A stretch of 64,000 nucleotides of DNA from Catajapyx aquilonaris. Taxonomy: Eukaryota. The notes under the pieces are model-generated. The model did not search any database and was not told where the DNA came from. It worked only from the letters and a program-made list of their open reading frames with translations. Each line of letters opens with the position of its first letter. The stretch's first letter is position 1. The stretch covers positions 1-64,000 of the forward strand of contig JYFJ02000049.1 in the NCBI GenBank assembly GCA_000934665.2, given 5' to 3'. The translations under genes and the position numbers were made by a program. Positions 12,997-26,731 of this stretch are shown here, in pieces.

Positions 12997-13463
12997 TTTG
13001 TTCGACGATTTTTAGACGAATGCTGCCGCAGAAAGAGGATCAGAGAGGGAGCAGGGGAGCCAACAGGAGAGGAGGGGAAGCCCACGCTCCATGCATGTGG
13101 CGCCTCCTTCTGCGGATCACGGTGGAACTACATGAATTGCCACTTTTTGTGTCACCAACAAGCACTGAAATTTAATAAATAAAATTGTAATCACATTTTG
13201 TACACCAAATTAGTAATTAGACTACTTGTGATACACTTGAAAAGTTGGCTACCCTGTCATCTGCATTAGGAATGAAAATAAAAGATGGCGTCACATTCGC
13301 CGTGAAAATTTACTAAAAAATTGTCGAAATTTTAGTGCTAATTTTGCTTTGGGCGTCTAAATTTTCAAGGTGTTTTCGTCATGCTTAGGTCATACCGGGT
13401 GCAATGTAAATTTAGAAGTAATGAGGCGTCATAATTACGTAATTTGACGGTATTTAAAAAAAA
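12997..13463. promoter_or_regulatory. Putative bidirectional promoter shared by SF3B1 and COQ10
   Basis: 467 bp separate the divergent ATGs. YY1/Pho-like AANATGGCG motifs overlap both start codons, with another near 13282. Confidence 0.65.
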
Positions 13464-14466
13464 ATGGCGAGATGGCGACAAATTTTGGGTCTGCGACTGA
13501 TCACATGGAGGACCCCTCTTCTTCCAGGCGAAGGAGCACACACTTGGTAATTTCAGCTTTTAAAAATATATATATTCATAAATAATTAGACTTGGGCATG
13601 GACATATGAGTGAGGAAGGGAAAAAGACATTACATAAAGTTATGCAATACCATGAACTCATGTGACCCCAATGTAAGCTTGGTAAATATGTATCTGCAAT
13701 TTCCCAACCTTTACTGCCTAATCAGGGCCTAATTGTAAGTGGGATCATTATGTTAATAGGATTAAACAGTTATTTCATAACAATATATTCGGTAAGACAC
13801 TAATTTTTAATTGTCTGTTTGGCAGGACTTGCGTTCAGGTTTTCAACAGCAGCACAACTAGTCAGAGATGTTCCTTTTTCACCATATCAGGGATCGGAAA
13901 CAGGAGGAAGGAGTATGCAGAACGACGACTCATTGGGTGCGGCACATCTCACAGCAATTGCAATATCATTAATAATGGCAAATAATTAACATGCCTCATG
14001 TTGCAGGTACAGCATGGAGCAGATGTATGACCTGGTGGCAAGAGTGGAAGACTACCACAAATTCGTCCCGTGGTGCAAACGCTCAGTGGTGACCTTCCGC
14101 AGTCCAACCCTGCTGAAGGGTGACATCCAAATAGGTTTTCCTCCCCTCTTGGAGAGCTACACCTCCAGAGTGACACTCGTCCACCCCAATCTGATACGTG
14201 CTGTGTGCACAGATGGACGCCTCTTCAACCACCTGCAGACAGACTGGAAGTTCAGCCCAGGAATCAAGTCAAATGATCTGACCTGCACGCTGGACTTCTC
14301 CATTGCTTTTGAGTTCAAATCAGTCTTGCACTCCCACCTTGCACATGTGTTCTTTAACGAGGTCGTAAGGCAGATGGTCAATGCCTTCCTCACTGAGGCG
14401 AGACGTAAATATGGGAAAGAGTCCATCAAGAGTCAGAAACCCACGGTATTAACAGTAGCATCCTGA
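13464..14466 (+). CDS. COQ10: Coenzyme Q-binding protein COQ10 (START domain), 3 coding exons
   Basis: Exons 13464-13546, 13826-~13937 and 14007-14466 splice in frame. An Arg-rich mitochondrial-presequence-like N-terminus is followed by [35 protein letters not shown]...[20 protein letters not shown]. Confidence 0.95.
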
Positions 14467-15174
14467 CGACAACTGTAATTATCCTCAGACCTCAATGTTG
14501 TATTTATTTGGAATTTTACCCACAAAAGCCTATCTATTTTGATGCCAGCATCTACAATGTTCATTAAAAAATCATTATCTAGTAGCAACAATGTGTTGGA
14601 AATATATTTCAAACCCATCTCTCTCAACAGCATCCAGGCACGTCAGGTGGACAGTGTCACCCAAAATTGGGCAGCCAAGTTGGGGTGATTGTTGTGCCGT
14701 GTTCAAGTAAACTGCTGTGACTCCTCAGTAATGAGTGACCAATTGAATGGCCCAAGTTCAGCAGGGGTAGAAAAAAGTACGGTTGCATAATACGTTTCAG
14801 CAAATTATAGCGTTCATTACTGATCATGGGCAATAATTGATGTAATCCTGAAGTGGCCATAACAACAGTAATAATAAATAAACAGTGTCAATTCCATCCA
14901 AAAATTAACTTTCACTTTAAATTGTCATCACAGACTGAAGCCGTCATTTCTGGAGTCATTTATTTATACTGTGGGTGATAGTTTGTGGTATGATCATTAC
15001 ACCATTTTCAGTCCAAATAACTAAAGCCCATCTTGGCACCCCTTTCACTGTTGTCATCTGCAACAATGGAGACTTCTGTTGATTCCCCTTTTTTTCCTAC
15101 CCAACATCATATTCTCCATTGGGTAGGATGTGGTAAATTCCCACACCATAAAACAACAAAAATAATCTGTGAAA

Positions 15175-18100
15175 ATGTCGAAGAAAGAGAAGCTAGTTCT
15201 CCCAGACATCAATGGACCTCGTGCCAACATGCCAGACTCCATACCGAAGCAGGTCCTTCAAGCCATGGGTGTCTCCGGCGTGGATCCCAAGACAGAGACA
15301 CTGACAGCCAAAGTCAACCCTACGGCGTGCCATTGTGGATCCAACCTTAATGTCACGTATGTTGCACCATGTCAATCTCACGAAAAGCCCTCCACACCCA
15401 CAAGAAAGGAGTCCTGGATGCAAAGTGAAGGGGGTGAATCCAAACCGGACATGTTTCACCTCCCCCCAGTGACCAGATTAACACGTGCTGAAATCAAGAT
15501 GTTCGGACATGGGATCCAGTGCTTGCTGCAAGAAGCAGGTTTTGAACACCACAAGCTCGAGGACCTGTGTCTGGAAAAGCCAGTGCAGATAGACAACCTA
15601 CTGGAACTGGTCCGCAAGGAGCAGAATCTGTACCAGCGCTCCTTCCAAGAGATTGTCCGTCAGATGATGATTGACAGTTCAGAGCGAGGAAAACTTCTGT
15701 CGGAAATTAGACTTGGGTATTCCAAACTGGTAGAAGAAGTGCCTAAGCAGGTGAATGCACCTTGTTTCTTGCTCATGAGCAGCAGGTGGTCAGAGAGATC
15801 AACCAATTCCACCTTTCCAGGTGAGAATAATTAGATTATCGTTTCTTGACTGGAATTTAAAAAAAATTAATCCATCGAATCTTTCTGGGGTGCACTAATT
15901 GAATTGGAATTTAAGACCATCTCAGTGCTGCACAAATTCATTTTCATTAATATGGCAAATACCAGTGATTGACTGAATATTTTGAAAATTTAATGTTGGT
16001 GGATCCTGCTCAGAAACTCGCGAGTCATTAACTGTTGCATTCAGTTTTCCCTGTGTGTTGCCCCATAATTATGGACAAGCACATAGCTTAAAAAATTACT
16101 GCCATATTTTGGAATAAGTATACTCTACTGGGTTAACCAGATAGAAAGTGTCTTATGTAGAATTGAATGTGACATGGTTAAAATTTTCCCATATGGAATA
16201 CGACAATCTAATTATCACCTGCTAATACTGTCCAGGTAAATAAGGTGGAAAAATTGACTCTGCATTCACCAAAGGGGCAACGTAGAAAGCATTCTGTATT
16301 GTTTCAATTGTCCCATCCCAGGTGGTGAGCCTTCACAAGGAGTTGCTGACCCAAAGAGCTTTGGACAACCGCCTACTGGAAGAACTCCAAAAGATGCACA
16401 TGTGCCTGAGCAGCATGTGCTCGGAGCTGTCCCGCCTCCGCCTAGATGACGAGCATGTGTACAAGTTTGCTGAGTTTGCGTCCAATGACATAGGGTATGA
16501 AGTCTTGGCTCTGAAGCGTGGTAGCACCCTGCTGGCAGAGTACTACGAGATGTATGAGCGCCAAAGGGCCCGCTTGGAGGCAGAGACAAGTGGGTCACGT
16601 GAAGACTGTGCCCTGTGGTCACAGCTGGCTCTGGATCTAGCCAACCGTATCGGGTCTTCCACCATTGGTCATGACCTCCGGGCCATACATGAAGTGGGGT
16701 CATCTGCGGGCCAGTGGGGACAACTGGCGAGGCAACTCTGCAGACGCTTATGTGAGACTGATGCAACGAACATCCTGCTTCTCACTAGAAGGATAGGTGA
16801 TTTCCACAATGCCCTGGACACAATAAGTCGTGGGGCATTTGGGAGGTCAGTGCGGATTGGCGAGGCACTAACTTGGTGCGAAGAACATCTAAAAACTGCC
16901 ACCCTTCAGTACAAAGACAGGTTGGTGGCTCATGCCAGAGACAAAAAGCGGCTGACCGGGGCGGTAGATGAAGTGAAGCATGTTCTTAAGGCCCTCGATA
17001 CAAGCCAAGAGACCTTGGGTAGGACTAGATTTAATTATCTTGGATTAAAATGTAATGTTCTTTTGTGTTTAATAATATTATTATCGCTCCGTACCTTGCA
17101 ATACCCTTCACAATGCTTATAGCAGTTACTCCACCCACATTTCCATTGCATTCCTGGGTTAGAATCTACTGCTCCTTGCAGGTTTCCAAATCCAGTTTGT
17201 AGTATGATGCGTACCAATAATGAGTGACATCACTTTTACCTCCTCTAGAGGCTGTGTCTCGTGAGCACGGTTCAGTAGGCGAGGTTGCTGCTGCGTTCAC
17301 TATGATTGAAGATTGGCCCCGTCTGGTCACTCTTACCACCAAACACTATGAGAGTGAGACACCCAAAATAACCCAGTTCATGACTGAGCTGACCACCATA
17401 ATAGGCCTGACCCAGCAACTGAGAGCCTTCGTTGAGACCCGACTCAGTGTGGAGAAGCAGGTGTCACAAGATATCCGGAATGCAATCAGCGTTCTGAATG
17501 ATTGGGCTACACGACTGCAAGAGATGGCCGTTGGGAAGGAGAGAGTCTACCCTGGAGATATCGCGCGCTTATTCCAGGACCTGACTGCCCTAATAGTTCG
17601 CTTCCAACGTGACCGCAGCCAGATATGCAGGCAAGGATCCAAATTAGATTTGAAACCTCTCAGGGTGAAGGAAAGAAACAAAATTTATACCTGCTTTAGG
17701 CTTTTGAAAAAATTGTCAAGCAAATGTTTGGCAGTAACTAATTTCATGTCCTAAATGCTCCTTTTATGATTGCATAATTTCCAGACAAGGAGAAGGGCAA
17801 AGTGGCCTTGGGGTGGCGGGAGAGGAGAGTTTGACAGATGAAGTAAAGACGCGCCTGCACACATGGTTGACAGCAGTAGCTGGCACGGTGAATTCGCAGC
17901 AAGACATCCTGACCTTGACATCAAATCGGACACACCAGTCCATGATGCGCCTCATGGCTGCAGCTGCCATGGAGATAAATTCATTGGAGACCAGCCCGGC
18001 TGCCAAACTCACTGGGAAACCAAAGTTGAACCACGACAGTGCCACCCAGGAGCTATTGCTCATCATTCAGCGGATGAAGTCATTCTCCAAGCGGCTGGTC

Positions 18101-19166
18101 ACCTGTTACGATAAAGTATCACAGAAAGTGGTCCCACGCTGGAGTGAGGTAACAGGTGGGCAAGAGGACGAAGCAGCTCTTGCCCTGAATGAGTTTCAGG
18201 TGTGTGGCGAAGAATGGGTGAATTCAGCGCGCTCCCTGGTTGACCAACTTGGAGGCGCCAAGGCTGATGCAGATAAGAGGATCAGCCTGGCAGCTTCCCG
18301 TCAAAAGTCAGACTCCATGGCCAACCTGATGAATGAGTCAGTGCTCAGGAGGGTATCTCTCGGGGAAGAGTTGGGCGAGATACTGGAGGAAGCAGTGGAG
18401 AAGCCAGAGGCCACAGTGTATGGGCTGGACGAGCACGGGAGGATGGATGGGGAGCCACTCTCTGTAGCAGCAAACAGAGAAAGTAGAGACAAGTAAGGGA
18501 TGTCCACTATGATAATAACAACTTCTACGCTTCAAGTACCGTACAGCTATAGGACCAAATTCACGCATGATCTAGAATGTCTATCTAGTGCCAAAAAATA
18601 GCTAATACCACTAACATTCCAATAGGAAAAGCATGCATATTGCACGTAATCAGCGATTTTCTCTCGTTTACTTTCACACTACCAGTGCTAAAAGGCCTTG
18701 TAAATGCAGCAGCCACACTGATGTGGATGTAATAGCACTATTTAACATTGGCAATAAGTACTTAACTTACTCTTGGTACATAATTGCACTTTCTTGGGAA
18801 TTTGCCATGATAATGCTGACACCCTTTTGCCCAAACAGATGTGGACTTCACATAGCTCTGGTTCAAGATCTTCAGAAGCAAGTGGCATCTGCAGAAACCA
18901 GGGCAAGAGAGGCTGAAGCAAAGGTGATCATCCTGCTTCAAAAGGCATCTAGAGCTGAGCTTACAATTCGTAGCCTCCAGAGAGGAAAGACAGGAGAGAT
19001 TGTGATTGACGAGAAGGAAGAGGAAGAGGTAGCCCAGGAGGTGGAAGGATGGGTTGAACTGACAGCAGAGATGGAGAAGAGGAACGAGAAGCGGGAAAGG
19101 GATAGAAAGAAGCAGAAGAGGAGTGAATACGACATCATGAGTCCTGAGAGCTTCCAGGATGACTGA
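15175..19166 (+). CDS. AXDND1: Axonemal dynein light chain domain-containing coiled-coil protein (AXDND1-like), 5 coding exons
   Basis: Exons 15175-15750, 16322-17018, 17249-17630, 17785-18492 and 18839-19166 join in frame. The segment EQNLYQRSFQEIVRQMMIDSSERGKLLSEIRLGYSKLV matches the axonemal dynein light chain (p28-type) domain pattern. The protein is divergent and the start codon is uncertain. Confidence 0.7.
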
Positions 19167-21801
19167 AAAGACATCAAAATACCTCACCAGATTCCACATT
19201 GTTATCATGTCCCTCGCGTAGGATAGCATCGGTCATGACTTCTTCCCCATTCACAGGAAAATAAAATTAAGACTCAAGTTTACAATTTTCATTTCATTTC
19301 TTCCTACGTCTTATACATACAAATACTTGAAATATACACCATTCTTGGAAAAGTGAAGTGTGTGCTATTAACAAACAAAAAGTTTAAGTACTGCATTTCC
19401 AGACTGGCATCGAAAAGCAACTATGCAGGAAGCATATTTGGTTTTCACTTTCACTTTCTGTGAGGACTGGATATAAAGTAGTGCCAATACCATTTGTGTC
19501 TACTGCTAGTAGTAGGTTGTGTGGCAAATCAGATGAATAGCTAATTTTTAAGGGTGCCAAAAACCTGTGATGCCATACTTCTTTCATCGGAGGAACACCA
19601 CGGTCTAGCAGTTATGACATTTATCAGTCAAGCAGACACTTTTTTTGTGTGTCTGCATGACCATCAATTACAAAAAAAAAAAAAAATATTTTATTACACA
19701 ATGTAGCTGGGAATTTTTGCAGTTAAATATATTCACTTCGAAGCATTAAGGCCTATTGACAATGAAGCAATGCCAAAAATTGAGCAATGCTGCCTCAAGT
19801 GCAACTTGATGACCTCATGGAATTGCATGTACATTATACAAAGTAGTGATTGGGGTCCCCATCCTTCATCCAATAAGCAATAATAATGCAACAATCCAAA
19901 GCTTTGGAAATTAAGCATGTAATGCGAAGTAAAAGAAGAAGAAAAAAAACAACGAAGGAATCAACTTTGCAATGATTTGGCTGCATCACTCAATTCATTG
20001 TGACTCTGTAAACAGGCCTTTAGGATGAAACACACATCACATTCCTGCCTAAGGCAAAATATAAATTACCATGAATTATTATGAAATCAAAAACCTACAG
20101 TTTACAGGAAGTCCTCATTATACAACCAGACTTATCTTCACTAAAATTAAGCCATGAAGCTAAAAGGTGTTGTCCAAAAATAACTACAAAAATATTAAGA
20201 TATAATTATTATCACTGAGCATTTCCCGTCTATACTTAGAGACTCTTGGCTGTATAAGATACTTATTGGACTTATTATGCAATATTATGCCATGTTATCA
20301 AATTATGTTTTACTAGGTGAGTACACTCTGATAATATTTAAACAAAAATTCCATCCTAGTTAATTCAGGCATCAATCAAGCGGCAAAAAAAGAAATATCT
20401 TTTGCTTCCAATTCCTACAACCATCTGTTTAAAAAATGGCTTTGGTATCCAGAAAACCACATTTCTGCTAACACAAAATAATGTGAGGCTGTTAAAAGTA
20501 TGTGTGAGGCAGTTGTATAATGAGTGCCCGCATCAATACACTTGGAGAAAAATGTAAATTCATATTCTCTCAGTTCTTGACACATCACACACTGCAGAGG
20601 ATAATCCACTTGCCAGTTTGTCACAGCACATGGGCTATTTCTACAATGTTTTCCTTAGGGAATAAGTCGGTGAACTAATATGACGACAACATTGGATTAG
20701 TAAGTGGCGCATCACATGAGCATCTCTACTTCTGCCAGACTTCAGCTCTGCATGTGACCAGAAATAATCTGATCTGTCACAGGAGCAAATAACTCGACGA
20801 AATAACTAGTTAATCACTCCTGTCTGTGCCCAGACAATGATATTTTCCCTGAAGTCCCTTGAGCACTTGAACCAAAATACAGAAAAACTTGAATATGAAA
20901 ATCCATAATGTACAGGTAAACTGAGAGTTTGGTCTCAATATATGTCACGTAGGGCCACATATTTGTATATCTGATGACAGTAATTAAGTTACAGCATCCA
21001 GGAAACCTCAACCTATTTAAGCCATTTCGCGCACTAGTGCAGCAGTCTTCAAATCTTTTCATTATCACAGAACCCTTTTTTCCATGCAAAACGTTACCTG
21101 CGCATTACAAGCCTTTTTGACTTTATGAGAGAATTTAAGCATTCTTCCAATCAGAGTACCAAGCGCAATTTCCTCTTGTCATGTTCAGCATAATTTCCGT
21201 CCCCCATTTCCAATAATTGAAGGTGAAATTTAACTCCTAATAAATGACTGAAAATGTATGTTATCTGCATTGTTTAGGTCGAAAATGGCACAGCAGATGC
21301 AATGGACCTCATAATCATCCTTCTTTCAGGTACATTATATCCAAGTTCTCCTGTTCACCCATCCACCACGAAGAGTTCACTGGTTATTACACACTCATGT
21401 GACAATGTATTGAAATAATTATCATACATCAAGACTAATCATTAGGTTTGTGGGCTCATCTAAAAATGCCTCGTCACTAGTAGCAGGCAGAAGTAATGGC
21501 TCACGTATGCAAATGTATACATAATTTGATGTGTGGCACATTTTAGGCCTAATTACAGGCCCCAGCATACTTTTACATTCCTTCACAATATTGTTGTAAG
21601 GGCAAGCAACCTATGTCCAGCTACTTATTCATTTTACACAAATACTTTTGCATGTACGTATCTTTAATGAAAGTACTTCAAATAGGAAAAACCCTCAGTT
21701 TTCTACAATCATTTGTTACACTTGATCCTTTTCACACACTTTCCAGTTCAAAATAAACAAATACCCTCCCGTATAATTATGCATGTTTCATTAATATTAA
21801 A

Positions 21802-23772
21802 TTAACTTGAACGTCTCCCCTTGTTCCTTGAGGAAGACGAATGACTTTCTCTCTCTCCGTCTTCTCTCCTGTGTCTGTCTTCTGCCCATCCCCCATTCCT
21901 CTCTTGCCACTCCCTGTCATCATAACGGTGACTCCTCTTCCCATCCTCTCCCCTACTCCTATCCATGGACTTGTATTTCTGCTTACTGTCCCAGTCCCGA
22001 GAACCGTCTGTCTGCCTATCACCCCTATCCTTAGACCTGCGACTGTACCTATCCTCTCTATCCCGAGACTTGTCTCCGTGCCTGTCCTCCCTATCCCGAG
22101 ACCTGTCTCCGTGCCTGTCCTCTCTATCCCTAGACCTGCCTCTGTGTCTATCCTCTCTATCCCTTGATTTCTCCCTGACCTGGCTCCAGGAGCTTCTCTT
22201 TGATCCACTTGCCTCCTGGTCATCATTGCCCCCAACAAAGTTAATCTTGTTACCTCCCAACACCTTCTGCAAGATATCTTTAGTGTCCGAGTCGTCTGAA
22301 GAATCTGAGGAATCTGAGGCCTCCTTCGATGCCTTGGCCTTTTTCCGGTGCTTCTTCCGGTCGGATCGCTTTCTAGCTGGCTCTTCCTCACTCGATGAAT
22401 CTGAATCACTAGATGAATTACGTTTCTTCTTGTCCTTCTTATGCTTCTTAGACTTTGTCTTCTTCTTCCTCTTCTTCTTTTCAACGCGTCCACTACGCTG
22501 CTTCTCTTCCAGTTTCTTCAGCTTCTTGAGAAGCTTCTGCTTCTCCTCAACTGAAAGTGTCTTCAGGAACTTCATGCCCTCTCCATCATTTCCTTCTCCC
22601 CCTTGCCCTTCTTCGTCATCCTCTCCGTCACTCTCTATAAGCATCTGATTGGAGCGCGGCATCTGCTCTTGCAGGCCCAGGGCACTCTTCTTCAGTGCCA
22701 AGCCATCTTCCCTCATCTGCTGCATCAGCATAAGTGGATCCATTGATGCTGCAGGCTTTGCATTTGCAGAGGCCTGGCCATAAAGTGGACACTCTTTGTC
22801 TGGAAGCAAGAACACAAGTGATATAGCAACTGTCTCCAAACTAAAGCAAGACATGCAAAAGGATGGTTGCACAACTTGGGTCATATCAAAAGGTGCAAGT
22901 TTCTCCTTGTTTTATGAATTGTTGGTTAATAATTCTAACAATTACCTTCATGTCAGAAGTTAATTAATTTCCTGCACTGCCAAGTAACAATAACATGAAC
23001 ACGTTAATTGGCTTACCTGTGTTAATATGGCCCCATTTGTGACATTTGACACATCGAACGTTGCGAACTTGGATGCCAAATGGTTGGTCTCGGATGTCTG
23101 TGTTGTCTTTGCAGTAACTGAAATTATATCAAACGGTAAGTCACTAGAGGCTTGGAGTAATGATATGGCTATGCTGTATGCAATCACATGATACAAATGT
23201 ATTGTTCTGACGTGTATCCACCAACAGCACATGTGGGAGACAAAATGGTGACAAAAGCCTACTTACTCTTCCCTGGGTGCATTGTACTTTCGCTGCCATT
23301 CAAACTTGTACTCCGGCTCGCCATCCTCCCTCTCCCGTTCTTTTTTCGCACCCGGGGGCGGCTCGTACAGGAAATTCACGCTGAGCTTATCCTTGTTGTC
23401 CTTACTCAGCAGCGCTCTGAAAGCAACAAATTAAGTTAATCCCACTGTATGAAAATAGCGCATGCAAGTAAATACGCTTACCGATTATTGTACAAATCCT
23501 GCTCCTTTTCATACTGCATCCGAAGTTCTTCCTGCTTTTTCTTATAAGCATCAGTCTTCTGTTCTGCCATCCATACCTGAAATGTCAAATTGTTACCATA
23601 CAATTTGCGCGATTTTTCGCACCAGGTCATATACTGACAACAGCATGCGATTAACATAGTACGACCTTTGACCTTAATGTAAAAAAAGGCAGTTTCTTAC
23701 CCTCTTGAGGTTATCCCTGGATGCTGGATGGAAGAACTTCTTGCACATGTAGTTGTTGAATCCCTTCCCCAT
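21802..23772 (-). CDS. CIR1: Corepressor interacting with RBPJ 1, 5 coding exons
   Basis: Start [24 protein letters not shown] at 23772, then [43 protein letters not shown] (zinc knuckle) and a K/S/RD-rich tail. TAA at 21802-21804. Confidence 0.95.
22052..22172. repeat. Coding 33-bp tandem repeat in the CIR1 last exon
   Basis: About 3.5 units starting at 22052, 22085, 22118 and 22151, encoding (K/R)SRDREDRH(G/R)xx. Confidence 0.85.
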
Positions 23773-24325
23773 CTCTGCGCCGTGGATTAGTCCTGATGGA
23801 ACAACATATGCGTGTCATGTGAATGTGTGTGTGGCAATAACAAAAAAGAGAGAGATGCCGAGAGAGACGCAGCACAAACCTTCAGGGCTTCACTAGAGAC
23901 ACTTTTTGCTGTTCCGTTCCTTCGAATCCTTTTCCCACGAGCACTGGCTCGTCCGACGACGTCTGGCGATCCAAAGAGTCGAATGATTCACTGCTTGCTC
24001 GTTCGCCAAAAAAAATAATATAAGGGGGAAAAAAAAAGAATGATGAAAAAAAAAATGGCAACCCGGAAGTGGAGGTGCCACCCTTGCACAACACTAATTT
24101 TCACTTATTAACATGTCAATTTATGACTGATAACTTAATTACGGCCGTAGATACATTTAAATTAATGTGCTTATGTTATAAGTATAATTGCAGTAATCAC
24201 CATTCGGATGTGAGAGGTACGGTCGCTGTCTTCGGCGTCGGCCATGTTTGGTCCAAATTTATCAAGGCGCGGAATTTGAAGATTTGTGCTGCCTGTGAGC
24301 TAAAATGTGAAAAAACTACTGTTAT

Positions 24326-24709
24326 AGTAGGGGTAAGCTAACTTATTGGTTTTGGGAGGTGGCTTGTGTCCTTGGCAACCATAATTAGCCCCGCCCCCTA
24401 CCGGTCGACCAATCAGGATTCGATTTCAAAGGAGATTGGCGCTAAACTACTGTTATAGAGATATGGGTAAGCTAACTTATGGGTTTTGGGAGGCGGCTTG
24501 TGTCCTTGGCAACCATAATTAGCCTCGCCCCCTACCGGTCGACCAATCATGATTTGATTTCAAAGGAGATTGGCGCTAAATTTTAGAACATAGCGCCCAT
24601 CTCCTTTGAAATCGAATCCTGATTGGTCGACCGGTAGGGGGCGAGGCTAATTATGGTTGCCAAGGACACAAGCCACCTCCCAAAACCCATAAGTTAGCTT
24701 ACCCCTACT
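24326..24709. repeat. ~120-bp module in three copies (two direct, one inverted); foldback/MITE-like
   Basis: Copies at ~24326-24444 and ~24465-24578, with an inverted copy at 24591-24709; all nearly identical. Confidence 0.95.
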
Positions 24710-25431
24710 TTAGACATGTTACATTTAAGAAATTAATGTTTAAAACCATGTTATAATATTAATTAACACACACAGCTGTACAAGTGAGCACCAAGGACAA
24801 CGTCTATCCTGTGGATTAGGCATCGCATCGAACAAGCGAGATTGTCGGATTGCTCTGAATTGACTAGACAGCCAGGATAAAACCACTCTTCCGCAAGTCG
24901 TCGCAACAATCGGGGAATTGTTGGAGAAACCCCGTGCAAAAAAAACCCACGTCACAAGCGGAGAGTGTTGGACCCAACATGTCCGTCGCGTACACCCAAC
25001 CCAGACCCTATCCGCATCCGGCCGCATTCCAAAGGGATATGATATGCCATATGCGGCAAGTTCTCATAAGGAGTCAGCGTAGCCAACAGAAGGCAGGCGT
25101 ATCCGTCTGTGCGTGCGGTTGACGCCCTAAAACCACTTCGGAAAGGTTCCACTGAAGGTAAATAACTCCCCTGGCCCCTATCCCTCATCGTCCGGCGCAT
25201 ACCGCGGATCATACGGACTGCCCGGACATTGGTTTGGGTGGACTCACTGCATGAACAAGGGTTGGGCTAGGCCTGGGGGGGGATTAATCAACAGAAAATG
25301 GAAATGGGCAACTAAAAAAAAAAAGATCAAAATGGCCACCTGGGTCTTAACATGTTCGATTTGGGTTCATTACACGTTCATTATGTAAAATTTTGTGGTT
25401 TTCAGGACACCATAAGCTGGAGGGGGGCTGA

Positions 25432-26731
<1,300 letters not shown>

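Noticed and set aside
21777..22648. Long overlapping and antisense ORFs over CIR1
   Set aside because: By-products of low-complexity K/R/S/D coding sequence.
24326..24709. Repeats as a CRISPR-like array
   Set aside because: Units are ~120 bp, one is inverted, there are no unique spacers or cas genes, and the context is eukaryotic.
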